Shown here: positions 26,213 through 36,638 of the stretch, one piece after another
How positions within the stretch are numbered: position 1 is the first letter of the stretch
Layout: each line of letters opens with the position of its first letter
Origin: an uncultured Actinomycetes bacterium
GTDB taxonomy: Bacteria > Actinomycetota > Actinomycetes > S36-B12 > UBA10799
Direction of reading: 5' to 3'
Assembly (NCBI GenBank): GCA_964556255.1
Contig: CAZKVQ010000001.1
Coordinates: 48,294 to 112,293 of the forward strand
DNA: 64,000 bases
Made by a program: the position numbers and the translations under genes
The notes under the pieces: model-generated
The model's database searches: none
What the model was told of the DNA's origin: nothing
Seen by the model: only the letters and a program-made list of their open reading frames with translations

Positions 26213-28129
26213 TCACCGGTTCCACGGCCGCCAGCGCGATTCGCGGTCCAAGGAGAACGGGTCCTGGTACCCGCCCCCGTTGGGCCGTTCTCCGTTGCCT
26301 TCCACATCCGTCCGCTCGGCGGCTATGTGTTCGTCCCCGGAGGAATGGTTCTCGTCCTCATCGATGTCCTGCGGGTGCGGTTTGCCCTTGAGCTTCTCGG
26401 TCTTGCGGGCGGCCCGGACGCCTGCCGAGATGCTGTGCCACATTCGATCCGGCCCCAGCTTGTCGATGAAGCCCGCCTTGGCCAGCACGATGCGCGCCTG
26501 GTAGAACACCCGCACCAGGTACAGGTCGATGTGGCGCTCCTGCAGCCGAGTCAACAACAGCTCCAGCGAGTCGACACTGGTGGTGTCCAACTGACTGGTG
26601 GCCTCCATGTCCAGCAGCAAGGCTTTGATCTCGGGGTCGGTGTCCACGGCCATGAGGATGTGGGATTCGATGGCGCTGGCGTTTGCCCAGAACAGCGGCG
26701 CATCCAGTCGCACCACCATGATTCCGTCGTAGGTCTTGCGCTCAGGGTGCCCGCGGATACTCCCCCACGCGGCCTTCTCCTCGGGCACCCGCCCCATGAC
26801 CTCCAGGTCGATACGACTGGACCGGTAGACGACGCCGAGCACTGCCAACCCGATCGCGATCAACAATCCGTAGAGCGGACCGAAGATCAGCACCCCGATC
26901 ATGGCCGCCATGCACGAGGTGAAGTCGTTACGTCGAATCGACTTGTAGCGCAGGATCGCGCGTACGTCCATCAACCCCCACACCGCCTGGATAACGATGG
27001 CGGAGAGGACTGCCCGCGGCAAGGGCGAAAGGAGTTCCGCGAGCAACGCGATCACTATCAACACGATGACCGCGGCGACCACGCCGGTGAGCTGGGTTCG
27101 CCCCCCGGTTCGCACAGAGGCGGCGGTCTTGGACAGCGACCCGGCCACGCCCATGCCTCCAGACAGCCCGGCCGCCGCATTCGCCGCACCGTCGGCGAGC
27201 AACTCCTGGTCGGTGTCGATGGAGTAGCCCGCCTTCGCGGCGAAGAGCCTGGCCGCACTCAGACCCTCGGCGAGGCCGACCATGGCCAACGCCAACCCTC
27301 CGAAAAAGATCTGCGGCAGGTCCGTGACGCCGACGTCGGGCAGCCCAATCGGAGGCAGTCCCTGCGGCACACTCCCAACGACGTTTACTCCCCGGCTACC
27401 CAGCGCGAACCACGAAGACAGGCCGATCCCGAGCACCAGCACCACCAGTCCCCACGGCACCCGCGGGACGAATCGTGCCCCGAGGAAGAGGATCAGCAGG
27501 GAGCCGATCCCCAGGGCTGCCGTAATCGGCTGGGTCTCACCGAGGGATGTCAGGATCGACCAGGCACGCCGCAGTACGTCGCCTGACTCCGCGTCCAGCC
27601 CGAGCAGGTTGGGCACCTCACCGAGGACGATCAGGATCACCAATCCGAAGACGAAGCCGGTCACGATAGGTCGTGACATGAACTCCGCTGCCCAGCCCAA
27701 CTTCGCCACGCCACCGATGGCCAGGCCGAGGCCGGCTCCGATGGCCAGCGCTGAGGTGAAGCCGACAGCCTTGGCGGGGTCTCCGTGTGTCATGTCGGCC
27801 ACCAGCGACCCAGACAGTACGGAAACGGTCGACACGGGTCCGACCACCAGATGCGGCGATGAACCGAGGACGGCGTAGGCGATCAGCGCCAACGGAATCG
27901 AGTACAGGCCCACCAGCACCGGCACGCCAGCAATGCCTGCATAACCGAGGGACTGTGGGATGGCCAGCGCGGCCACCACCAGACCGGCGAGGAGGTCGGC
28001 TGCGATGTAGCGGCGCTGGTACTTGGGTAGCCAGGCAGTGATCGGCAGGTAGCGGTGCAACCCGCTCGGCTGCTGCGACTCCTGCTGGATCGCAACTTCC
28101 GAGTCGGAAGGTGCCTGATCAGACGTCAC
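26213..28129 (-). CDS. SulP family anion transporter with a C-terminal STAS domain
   Basis: Typical SulP N-terminus (YQRRYIAADLLAGLVVAALAIPQSLGYA) and a STAS-like segment (LLDMEATSQLDTTSVDSL). A GGGAGGTG RBS precedes the GTG start. Confidence 0.9.
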   Translation of the reverse strand: MTSDQAPSDSEVAIQQESQQPSGLHRYLPITAWLPKYQRRYIAADLLAGLVVAALAIPQSLGYAGIAGVPVLVGLYSIPLALIAYAVLGSSPHLVVGPVSTVSVLSGSLVADMTHGDPAKAVGFTSALAIGAGLGLAIGGVAKLGWAAEFMSRPIVTGFVFGLVILIVLGEVPNLLGLDAESGDVLRRAWSILTSLGETQPITAALGIGSLLILFLGARFVPRVPWGLVVLVLGIGLSSWFALGSRGVNVVGSVPQGLPPIGLPDVGVTDLPQIFFGGLALAMVGLAEGLSAARLFAAKAGYSIDTDQELLADGAANAAAGLSGGMGVAGSLSKTAASVRTGGRTQLTGVVAAVIVLIVIALLAELLSPLPRAVLSAIVIQAVWGLMDVRAILRYKSIRRNDFTSCMAAMIGVLIFGPLYGLLIAIGLAVLGVVYRSSRIDLEVMGRVPEEKAAWGSIRGHPERKTYDGIMVVRLDAPLFWANASAIESHILMAVDTDPEIKALLLDMEATSQLDTTSVDSLELLLTRLQERHIDLYLVRVFYQARIVLAKAGFIDKLGPDRMWHSISAGVRAARKTEKLKGKPHPQDIDEDENHSSGDEHIAAERTDVEGNGERPNGGGYQDPFSLDRESRWRPWNR

Positions 28130-28187
28130 ACGGATTCACCTCCCGTTCACGAGACGTTCAGGCCGTGTTACACGGTAGCCCTGTCCA

Positions 28188-28237
28188 CCCGCGGAAGGAA
28201 CTCCTTACGGTCCACAGTGAACGGTGGAGTATCCGCG
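28188..28237 (-). other. Imperfect long hairpin between the MFS stop and the SulP start (terminator or leader element)
   Basis: CCGCGGAAGGAACTCC (28188-28203) pairs with GGAGTATCCGCGG (28225-28237). No U-tract follows. Confidence 0.3.
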
Positions 28238-28254
28238 GCCAGGAATGAACAGTG

Positions 28255-29409
28255 TCACCTGGTCGCTGGTGCCTCTCGCGGAATCCGGGTGGCCGACCAC
28301 AAGACAGCAGCAGCCCCCAGAAGTGCCGCGCCAGCGGCCGCGCCCCAGGTCCACGACCACGACAGTGTCGTCGCGATGACTCCCAGGGTTGCCGGTCCAA
28401 GTAGCAAGCCGAATGCCACGCCGGTCTGCGAGATGCCGCTCGCAGCGGCGGTCGACGTCGGAAACCGGCGGGCAATGGCCAGATGCTGCAGCCCCGGCCA
28501 TCCCCAACCGAAGGCGTTGGCGATCACCAGCCCTATGGAGAAGGCAACTGCAGAGCCCGTGGCCATGGCGGACCAGCCGAGTGCGCCCAACAGGCACAAC
28601 GTCGCGACCCCGCGCAGAGCATCGAACCTGCGACGGTCGGCCGCCACGCCCGCAGCCAGCCGGACCGCCAACCCGGCGAGACCTCCCAGAGCCACCAAGT
28701 AGCCCGCGGCACCTTCGGAGAGTCCAACGGCGACTCCGCCGGCAGCGCCCAGAGCACCGATGGAGGTCGCAGCGAATACCGCAGCACTGGTCCCTATGGC
28801 CAACATCCACAGCGGAGCGAGCAACGGCCGTGGGACCGGCGATTCGGATCGACCTGCCACCCTCATGCGATCTGCCGGCACTAGCGTCATGGCAACCAGT
28901 GCCGCGACCGCCGCGATCGCGAAAGCGGTCCGCCAGCCCACAGTCAGGGCAACAATCGGCACCGCAAGGCCGCCAAGCAGCGTTGCCAGCGGAATTCCTG
29001 ACTGCTTGATGGCGAAGCCCAAGCCGTAGCGTTGCGGGGAGACTTGGGCCGCCACTAGTGAGTTGCCCGCTGGTTGACCGAGCGCATTGGCCAGTCCCCC
29101 GACGACCAAGGCCAGACCCAGGACGATCACTGAGGGACTCACAGCGATCAGCAACAGCGCGATGGCCGCGCACACGGAACTGATCCGCAGGCTGCGCCTG
29201 ACTCCCCAACTTCCGACCCTCGCGCCCAGGGGCGCGCTGCCGGTGACGGTCGCCAACGCGAATAGCGACGCGAGGATGGCAATCGATGTGGGCTTGACGC
29301 CCAGGCCGCGTCCGATTTGCACGGCCATGGCGCCGGTGAGGAAGAGCGGGAACACCGCAACGAGGTTGACTGAGACCGCGGCGAGGACTGCGCGTCGTCC
29401 GGGGGTCAC
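28255..29409 (-). CDS. MFS transporter (12 TM)
   Basis: Twelve hydrophobic segments with a uniformly Ala/Gly/Leu-rich membrane profile. Confidence 0.75.
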   Translation of the reverse strand: MTPGRRAVLAAVSVNLVAVFPLFLTGAMAVQIGRGLGVKPTSIAILASLFALATVTGSAPLGARVGSWGVRRSLRISSVCAAIALLLIAVSPSVIVLGLALVVGGLANALGQPAGNSLVAAQVSPQRYGLGFAIKQSGIPLATLLGGLAVPIVALTVGWRTAFAIAAVAALVAMTLVPADRMRVAGRSESPVPRPLLAPLWMLAIGTSAAVFAATSIGALGAAGGVAVGLSEGAAGYLVALGGLAGLAVRLAAGVAADRRRFDALRGVATLCLLGALGWSAMATGSAVAFSIGLVIANAFGWGWPGLQHLAIARRFPTSTAAASGISQTGVAFGLLLGPATLGVIATTLSWSWTWGAAAGAALLGAAAVLWSATRIPREAPATR

Positions 29410-29494
29410 GCGGACACGCTACGCCTACCGGCGCGACGGCGGGCCCGGCGTTCTGCAACGAACACCGAGCCCGCTATCCGATGAGAAGCGCCGG

Positions 29495-29695
29495 CTAGCC
29501 GCCCAGCACGTCCTTGGCCTTGCTCGCCGCTGCGTCGATCACCGAATCTGCCTGATCCGGAGTCTTCGCCTTGACGACTTCGGCGACCTGGTCGACCTTC
29601 TCCGCTGCAGCATCGCTGCCTCCCAGCGCTTCCTTTGCCTGATTCACAACGTCCTCAACGCCCATTTCGAACCTTTCGACTGTGCTCGAAGCCAT
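29495..29695 (-). CDS. Small MT0933-like / CsbD-like protein (annotated 'antitoxin' family)
   Basis: A 66-aa protein with repeated K/D/A helical motifs (DQVAEVVKAKTPDQADSVIDAAASKAKDVLGG). I chose the internal ATG at 29695. Confidence 0.5.
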   Translation of the reverse strand: MASSTVERFEMGVEDVVNQAKEALGGSDAAAEKVDQVAEVVKAKTPDQADSVIDAAASKAKDVLGG

Positions 29696-29898
29696 GGTGG
29701 CTTCCGGGTCTCGAATCCTAGGAGACATCTCGCCTTGATGCCCTGCTGGCTGCCTGCCGGCCCGGAGAATCGGCGCAGGCGGCACCTCGATCAGTGGTCG
29801 GCGTCACCCGGGTTTGGCTCAAGTCCACGAGCGCCCTTGCCGATCACCGCACCGAACCCTGAGTGACAACTCGAGGTTTCCCGGTCCGGTGAAGGGGT

Positions 29899-30978
29899 TT
29901 GACCATGTCCTCAGGCGCTTCCGGCGCTCGGAGCCCCATGGGCCCGCAGCTCCGGCGGGGCTCAGATGCGGGGGACATCGACCTGGCTGCCATCTCAGTG
30001 GTGCCGGCCCTCGCCGCCACCGCTCTCATCGGGGTGGCCGTCGTCCTGGCAACGATGGCCTGGTGGCCGCAGCACAGCGCACCGCAACCGTCGTTCGGGA
30101 TCATGTCAGCGACCATCGTGTTCGGTCTGGTGCTCTTCGCGATCGGATGTGCGGCGCTGATGCTGCCTGAACGATTCGGGCCGCCGCTCGTGGTCGTGTT
30201 CATGGTCGCCGTGTCGGCCTTTCTCGTCGCGGTCCTCCTCTCCTCGACACAGGCCGACTGGGTGCTGGCGTACATGGTGATGTTGATAGTCACGTGCGGT
30301 GCCGTCCAGCAGCGCTTTCTCTGGTGGCTCGCCTCGGTCGTACCGGTGGTGATCGCCTGGACCTTGGCGGGAGTCGCGACCCCGTGGCAGAACGAGACTT
30401 GGCGCAATGCCCTGCTGCTGACCGCACTGGCGCTGACCCTGTCATGGTTCATTCATCACACCCGGCGTACCCACTGGCGAATGCTGTCCGCCGAGCGGGA
30501 ATCGGCACGATCCTCGGCGGCCACCGACCCCATGACCGGGCTACTCAACCGACGAGGGATGGTGGAGGTCACGCAGGTTCGACGTCGCACGCAGGACTGG
30601 GGCGATGACGTGAGGGTGTCCCTGATCGACGTGGACGGGCTCAAGGGGATCAATGACAGACACGGTCATGCGGCCGGTGACGCCGCGATCGTGGCGGTGG
30701 CCCGGGCACTGCGAACCGCGACGCGTGCCGAGGAGGATCTGTTGGTTCGCTGGGGTGGCGACGAGTTCGTGATCATCTCCGACGGAAAGTCGCCTGATGC
30801 CAGCGAATTCCAACGCCGGGTGAATCTGGCCTTGGCCCGGGACTGCCCGGCGGACGCCGAATGGACGGCGCAAGTGTCCGTCGGAACGGCCACGCACACG
30901 GATACCGTGGCCCAAACGCTGGAAGAGTTAGTCTCCGAGGCCGATGCGAACATGTACGCCAGCAAACGGCGCCGCTAG
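29899..30978 (+). CDS. Membrane-bound diguanylate cyclase (GGDEF)
   Basis: About 6 N-terminal TM segments, DPMTGLLNRRG, and an intact RWGGDEFVII motif. Confidence 0.8.
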   Translation: MTMSSGASGARSPMGPQLRRGSDAGDIDLAAISVVPALAATALIGVAVVLATMAWWPQHSAPQPSFGIMSATIVFGLVLFAIGCAALMLPERFGPPLVVVFMVAVSAFLVAVLLSSTQADWVLAYMVMLIVTCGAVQQRFLWWLASVVPVVIAWTLAGVATPWQNETWRNALLLTALALTLSWFIHHTRRTHWRMLSAERESARSSAATDPMTGLLNRRGMVEVTQVRRRTQDWGDDVRVSLIDVDGLKGINDRHGHAAGDAAIVAVARALRTATRAEEDLLVRWGGDEFVIISDGKSPDASEFQRRVNLALARDCPADAEWTAQVSVGTATHTDTVAQTLEELVSEADANMYASKRRR

Positions 30979-31203
30979 CCTCACCGAGACGTACAGCGGA
31001 GAATCCAGGTTCCGGCCGTCATCCTGTTGCAGCGCGTAAGCGCGTGGACACCCTCCGCATGCCACAACACCCGTTCTGACGATCTCCGGGCACAGAAGGC
31101 GGGCGAAAGCTCAAGTCGATTCCGGGACTCGACGAACCACTCATCGAAGGGCCCTGACGCAGGGGCCGGGGCGCAATCGGGGCGAGCGAAGTCCGGGGCG
31201 GTG

Positions 31204-31503
31204 ATGGGAATGATGGCCAACCCAGTTCGAACCGCCGAAGATGTCCGCCGCAGCGGCACGGAACCCTCCCGACGAAGTCTGGTCGGCACCTGCCTCATCG
31301 CGCTGGGTGCGGGCACTTTGATCGCGGCCCTCGTGACCCGTTGGCTGGCCGCGCTCACCGAGCCGGGAGCCCTCTCCGAGGCCGCTACCACCTTTCACCT
31401 CTGCTGCGACGTCGGCTACCAGGTCTTCGGAGTGGCGTCGCTGCTGATCCTTGCTTCGGCGCTGATGGCCTTTTGGTGGATCATGCTTCGACGCGAGACA
31501 TGA
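31204..31503 (+). CDS. Possible small 2-TM membrane protein
   Basis: Two hydrophobic helices (LVGTCLIALGAGTLIAALV and VFGVASLLILASALMAFWWIML). No homology recognised. Confidence 0.3.
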   Translation: MGMMANPVRTAEDVRRSGTEPSRRSLVGTCLIALGAGTLIAALVTRWLAALTEPGALSEAATTFHLCCDVGYQVFGVASLLILASALMAFWWIMLRRET

Positions 31504-31507
31504 CCAG

Positions 31508-31813
31508 TCAGTAGCCCAGCTCAGCCCGGAACGCCTTGCCGACCGCCTGCGACTTACCCATGCGCGCTATCCATTCCTTTGTCGCGGCGCTGAATACTTC
31601 TGGGTCGTAACCCATTTCGGCCGCGATGGCATTCATGCCGGCCTCGTCGGTCACACCGCGGGCCTGCGCGGCCTTGGAGACCGCCGCGTAGTCATTCAGC
31701 CCGATGCCGTTGATCGGGGCCAACATCGGGTCGTCAGCGGCGAGCGGCTTGTTGGATGGACCGCCGATGATGGCCGGGTCCATGCCGGACTGGAGTTTCT
31801 TGAACAGGCCCAT
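31508..31813 (-). CDS. Hypothetical protein (101 aa)
   Basis: The ATG at 31813 is preceded by a GAGGA RBS. Begins MGLFKKLQSGMDP. No motif recognised. Confidence 0.45.
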   Translation of the reverse strand: MGLFKKLQSGMDPAIIGGPSNKPLAADDPMLAPINGIGLNDYAAVSKAAQARGVTDEAGMNAIAAEMGYDPEVFSAATKEWIARMGKSQAVGKAFRAELGY

Positions 31814-32027
31814 GATGAACTCCTCACAACCGGCCGCGAGGGGCACGCGCCACCGCGGATGAATGGTTCCACGACGGTACCGCCATTCCCCGCCTAGCTC
31901 CACCACTCACGCCGTCACGGTCGGCCAACGCGTGACTCCGTTCGAGATTCCCTTGACGTCTGACACTTCGCCGGATCCGGCCGATTGACAGTTGCGGTCG
32001 GTCGCTCCAGGGGTCGATAGTCGGAGT

Positions 32028-32861
32028 ATGGCCAGCAGTGGAGATCGCAGCAGGTCCAAGGCTGATCCCGGTGCGAACTGGCACACCGAGTCGATCTGGC
32101 TCTCCGGCGATGACCACCTCGATGTGCTCGAATCACCCGCAAGCGACGAGCCGCCCTTGATGTTCATCCACGGGTGGGGACTGTCCGCCAGGTCCTATCT
32201 GCCGGCCCTGACCCAGATGACCCCCTGGGCTCGGGTGTATGCGCCGACCCTCCCGGGCTTCGGCACGTCCAGCCCGCTGCCTCGCCGCGGAAGACATGAC
32301 CTTCCCGCCTACGCCGCGGCTGTGCTGGCGACCTGGCGCGACGGCCAGTTACCGCAGCCGATGCCGATCGTTGCCCATTCGATGGGCTGTGGCGTTGCCG
32401 TCAAACTCGCCCGTGCGCGGCCCGACCTGGTCACCTCGCTCGTTCTCGTCTGTCCCATCGGGGGCGCCGGAAAGCATCCGGTGAGTTGGCTGCGGCTGGC
32501 CGGCTCACTGGCCAGAGAGGCGCACGTCGGTTTTCTGCCGCGACTGCTCGACTCCGGTCCCAGCATGGTGCGCAACGCCGGTGACGCCGTGCACGCGGGC
32601 TACGTGGCGAAGACTGCCGATCTGCACGGGGACATCCGCGCTCTAGTCAATTCCGGGCGCCCGATCACGATTATCGCCGCATCAGACGACGGGGTGGTTC
32701 CGCCCGGTCCGCTCCGGTCCAGTGGAGCTACCTTCCTGGAGGTTCCAGGTGGCCACGGTTGGCTGCTCCGACGCCCCGCGGAATTCGCCCGGGTAGTCAA
32801 GCCGTTCGTGTTTCCGCCCCCCTGGCGGGAACACATCGTGCACGATCCCGAACCTGCCTGA
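32028..32861 (+). CDS. Alpha/beta hydrolase
   Basis: The oxyanion-region segment FIHGWG and the nucleophile elbow AHSMGCG. Confidence 0.75.
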   Translation: MASSGDRSRSKADPGANWHTESIWLSGDDHLDVLESPASDEPPLMFIHGWGLSARSYLPALTQMTPWARVYAPTLPGFGTSSPLPRRGRHDLPAYAAAVLATWRDGQLPQPMPIVAHSMGCGVAVKLARARPDLVTSLVLVCPIGGAGKHPVSWLRLAGSLAREAHVGFLPRLLDSGPSMVRNAGDAVHAGYVAKTADLHGDIRALVNSGRPITIIAASDDGVVPPGPLRSSGATFLEVPGGHGWLLRRPAEFARVVKPFVFPPPWREHIVHDPEPA

Positions 32862-32916
32862 CTCATCCCAGGACGACGACCAGGACCGTGGCTATCATCG
32901 CCTCACCGAGGCGCGG

Positions 32917-33999
32917 ATGCCGCTGCCGCCGTACCTGGGAGGAAGCGTGGCCGTAAGTACAGCTCCCCCACCTATCCCGGGCGACCCCATCGACCCACCC
33001 CCCAAACAGACCCCGGCCAAGATCAAGGAACTCGACGCGAAGTCCGGGTCACTCAGTGCCGGTGTAGGCGTCGGCTTCCGCGCGTACAACAGGTTCTCGC
33101 AATCGAAGGCGACCCTGCTCGCGGCCGGGACGACGTACTACCTCTTCCTGGCTATGTTCTCGATTCTGGCCTTCGGCTACGGACTGGCCGCCATCTTGGG
33201 AACCGACGAGATGGCGGCCTACATGACCGAGGCCATCGGAAATGCCTTCCCCGGATTACTGGGGGATAAGGGCATCAATCCGTCCCAGTTGCGGGCGATC
33301 GGACAGGCGACATCACTTGTGGGCCTCATCGGGCTCGTGTACGGCGGCGGCGGCGCCGTTGGCGCAGCCATGCAGTCCATCCATCTCATCTACGGTGCGC
33401 CTGCGGACCCACGCAATTTCCTGCTTGCCAAGGTGCGACAGCTCCTCTGGCTGGCGGCGATAGGGCCGTTGATCCTGCTGTCGTTCGCGGCTTCTGCCTT
33501 TACCGCCGACGCCTCCGACAAAGTCCTCAGCACCATCGGCATCAACAACGCGGGCACCGGCATTGTGCTCCGGGTGGTCACTCTGCTGCTGACTCTGCTC
33601 GTCAACTTCGCGATCGTCTACCTGCTGCTGTCCCATTTCGGGGGCATCCGCCCACCCCGACACGCACTGGTCGTGGGCTCGGCGACCGGCGCCGTTGTGT
33701 TCGAGGTCCTGAAGTTGCTGATGGCCGGGCTCATCCGCTTCACGGTCGACAAACCCCAGTACGGCGCACTGGCGGCACCGATCGGGATCCTGTTCGTCCT
33801 CTTCCTGCAATGCCTCACGCTGTATCTGATGGCATCGCTGACGGCCGGTCTCGCGGACAAGGACGTACCCCTGGAGGCGCTTGCGGTTCGCAGCGTTGAC
33901 GAAGTGCAGACCTCGATGGCCGAGGTTTCAACGACGCCCGAAACCGCCAGTGCCCCGACGGGCACCTCTACATCGACCAACGGCGAAACAACGAACTGA
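32917..33999 (+). CDS. YihY/BrkB family membrane protein
   Basis: YNRFSQSKATLLAAGTTYYLFLAMFSILAF and about 6 TM segments. Confidence 0.8.
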   Translation: MPLPPYLGGSVAVSTAPPPIPGDPIDPPPKQTPAKIKELDAKSGSLSAGVGVGFRAYNRFSQSKATLLAAGTTYYLFLAMFSILAFGYGLAAILGTDEMAAYMTEAIGNAFPGLLGDKGINPSQLRAIGQATSLVGLIGLVYGGGGAVGAAMQSIHLIYGAPADPRNFLLAKVRQLLWLAAIGPLILLSFAASAFTADASDKVLSTIGINNAGTGIVLRVVTLLLTLLVNFAIVYLLLSHFGGIRPPRHALVVGSATGAVVFEVLKLLMAGLIRFTVDKPQYGALAAPIGILFVLFLQCLTLYLMASLTAGLADKDVPLEALAVRSVDEVQTSMAEVSTTPETASAPTGTSTSTNGETTN

Positions 34000-34109
34000 G
34001 GCGAGCGACCAGCTTCACGTCGTCCGGTGCAACCTCCGATCGAATGGCCATAGACATGGCGAGAGCGGCATCCTGACCCAATGGTCCTTGTCCTGCGCCC
34101 CTTCCCGAG

Positions 34110-34781
34110 ATGGAGAACCCGATGACAGCCACCCTGCGCCCCTTGGACCCGCCCCACAAGGGCCTCCGCAATGCACTGTCGATCCTCTCTCTTCGCATCG
34201 GTGTGACCGACTTCGGCGACGCCGACTCAGTCGCGTCCCTGCAAGGGCTTGCCGACGAAGTCTTCCTGCTGCTGGAGGACCACGCGCTGATGGAGGACAC
34301 CCATGTGCTGGCCCCCTTGGAACAGCGCATCCCAGGATCATCACGCGGCGACCTATCGGACCACGAGGTCCTCGAGGCAAGGGTCGACGAACTTCGTCGG
34401 CGGTTGCATGGGTTCGATGGCACCCAGGACGACGAAGCGGGTCAGGGTTTCCTGCTGGAATTCACCGACTTCCATGCCGACTACCTCAAGCACATGCTGG
34501 CGGAGGAGCGGATTACCGAGCCATTGGTGCGCGACAACTTCAGCGATGAGGAACTCCTGGCCGACCAGGTGGCCATCAGTCAGGAGATGCCCTTCGAGGT
34601 GCTCCTGCTGTGGTTCAAATACATCGTTCCGGCGCGGCGGGTGGCCGAGAATGCCCAGGTGCTGCAGGGTTTCAAGGCCGCAGCACCGCCTGAGGTCTTC
34701 ACACAGGTGACGGAGCTGCTGCGGGACACCCTGACTAGTTCGGCATATGAGGACCTGATGGCGCGGGTCACGGACGGCTGA
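34110..34781 (+). CDS. Hemerythrin-like (HHE cation-binding) domain protein
   Basis: His/Glu helices LLLEDHALMEDTHVLAPLEQR and FHADYLKHMLAEERITEPL. Confidence 0.5.
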   Translation: MENPMTATLRPLDPPHKGLRNALSILSLRIGVTDFGDADSVASLQGLADEVFLLLEDHALMEDTHVLAPLEQRIPGSSRGDLSDHEVLEARVDELRRRLHGFDGTQDDEAGQGFLLEFTDFHADYLKHMLAEERITEPLVRDNFSDEELLADQVAISQEMPFEVLLLWFKYIVPARRVAENAQVLQGFKAAAPPEVFTQVTELLRDTLTSSAYEDLMARVTDG

Positions 34782-34814
34782 TTCGGGCCGCCCCAACCTC
34801 CTATGCTGAGACAG

Positions 34815-36425
34815 TCAGGAGACCGCAAAGGGCGGGGCGTCCTGACGGCATCTGGCGCCGACCGGTGGAAGTGCGCCGCTGATCAAGTAGTTGGTGGTGT
34901 ATCGGTTCGCACAGGCGCTCGGGTTGAGCAGAGCGGTGTGGCCGTAGCCGGTAACCATGAGCAGCCTCGCGTCGGCCAGTTGGCGCGTCATGTCCACTGC
35001 ATCCTGGTAGGGCGTCGCAGGGTCATAGGTTGTCGAGACGACCATCACCGGAGCAGCCGTCTGCCTGTTCCACGGCCCTGTGTAGCTCTGCGCGGCCTTC
35101 CCTGGCCAACTCGCGCACGGACTGGTGATCCACGCCCAGTATGGCCCGGTCGGCCCCGACCTTTGGGTGGCGAATGTCGACTGCCACGGGAACGTCACGC
35201 CCGGCGGATTGGGACTCTCGCCACACAGCACCGCCAGTTGCTGTCCTCGGCTCGGGTACTTCTCGCCCAACCCGAACTTGACCGTTGGACTTGTCTTGTT
35301 CAGCCACACGTTCTGCATCACGTGGGCCAGTTGCCGCCATTGCACCATGAAGTACATCCCGTTGACGACAGCGTCCAGGAAGCTTGAGTACGTGTACCCG
35401 CCTCGCGGCTGTAGCGAATGGCTTCTCATCTGTGAGATCAATGTTGCGAACTTGGCCCTGGTCGCTTGCTGCGTTCCGGCAGCGAACTCACAGCGGACCT
35501 TGCCCACGTCCGCGCACTTATTGAGGAAGGCGGTGAGAGTGACGGCCGATCCCTTGTCCGATTTCTCTCGGAGGATGGTTCCCAGATGTTGTCCATCCGC
35601 CATCGGCAGCCAACTGACCCACGCCTGCGGGCTCACATCACCGTCGAGGATCAGCGCCCGGACTCTGCCGGGGAAGAGGTTGGCGTACGTGGCGCCAAGA
35701 AAGGTCCCGTAGGAGACGCCGTAGTAGTTCAGTTTCGAATCGTGCACCGCTGCCCGGAGCAGGTCCAGATCGCGGGCGCTGTCCGCCGTGCTCACGTAGT
35801 TCAGCAGATTGCCACTGCGGGCCGCGCACAACTGCCCAAGCACCGCGTCCCTCGCGATGAGTTTCGCCTCCTGGCTCGGGCCTACCGGGGTCATCGGAAC
35901 TTTCGCCAGGAACGCATTCTCGGCGGCCTGGCTGGCGAAGCACTCCACGGAGGTACTAGAGCCGATCCCGCGCGGATCCCAACTGACTTGGTCAAACCGC
36001 GCCCGAACCTCGGGTGTGAGGAAGTGAACCACGCCGGGTAACGAATCCACACCAGATCCACCCGGTCCGCCGGGATTGAAGAACACCGACCCGATCTTGT
36101 GAGCCTGATCCGTCGCCTGCTTCCGGATGAGGGCCAGGCTGATCTGGGCTCCGCGCGGCTGTGTGTAATCCAACGGCACCTTGGCCGTGGCGCACTGGAA
36201 GCCAACCTGTTCCGGACCGGTGCACGGCCGCCAGACCAGTCTCGGGACCACGGGCCTGATGTCGCCTCGGACGGCGGCCGTCGGAGGTGTTGGAGGAGAT
36301 GTCGCCGACCCGGAGAGAACACCGCTTGCCGCGACCGGAGCCGACACCAGCCCCGACAGGCCAACCGTGAGAACCGCAACCACAGCAAGGACTCGCCGCC
36401 GACGAGTCGGTTTCGGGGTATCCAT
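34815..36425 (-). CDS. Secreted S33-family alpha/beta hydrolase (tripeptidyl aminopeptidase-like)
   Basis: Signal peptide after the ATG at 36425, FFNPGGPGGSG, and nucleophile motif YYGVSYGTFLG. A TAP-like C-terminal region is present. Confidence 0.8.
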   Translation of the reverse strand: MDTPKPTRRRRVLAVVAVLTVGLSGLVSAPVAASGVLSGSATSPPTPPTAAVRGDIRPVVPRLVWRPCTGPEQVGFQCATAKVPLDYTQPRGAQISLALIRKQATDQAHKIGSVFFNPGGPGGSGVDSLPGVVHFLTPEVRARFDQVSWDPRGIGSSTSVECFASQAAENAFLAKVPMTPVGPSQEAKLIARDAVLGQLCAARSGNLLNYVSTADSARDLDLLRAAVHDSKLNYYGVSYGTFLGATYANLFPGRVRALILDGDVSPQAWVSWLPMADGQHLGTILREKSDKGSAVTLTAFLNKCADVGKVRCEFAAGTQQATRAKFATLISQMRSHSLQPRGGYTYSSFLDAVVNGMYFMVQWRQLAHVMQNVWLNKTSPTVKFGLGEKYPSRGQQLAVLCGESPNPPGVTFPWQSTFATQRSGPTGPYWAWITSPCASWPGKAAQSYTGPWNRQTAAPVMVVSTTYDPATPYQDAVDMTRQLADARLLMVTGYGHTALLNPSACANRYTTNYLISGALPPVGARCRQDAPPFAVS

Positions 36426-36638
36426 AAACCCACCATGGCACCGGGGGGCGGACTTAGCCAGACACGGCTGGGATTCGAAGCGGTAGGACCAAAGGGCCGG
36501 CTCTCGCGCCCATGCCAGGTTCCCCTCAAGAGCCAGCAGGTCACCCGATCGGGCTAGCCGCCGTCGCTTGGGTCGGCAGCCTTGGATGCCTTTCACAGTC
36601 CACTTCCGTGGGACGCAGCGAGTCCCTAGGATGCGGCC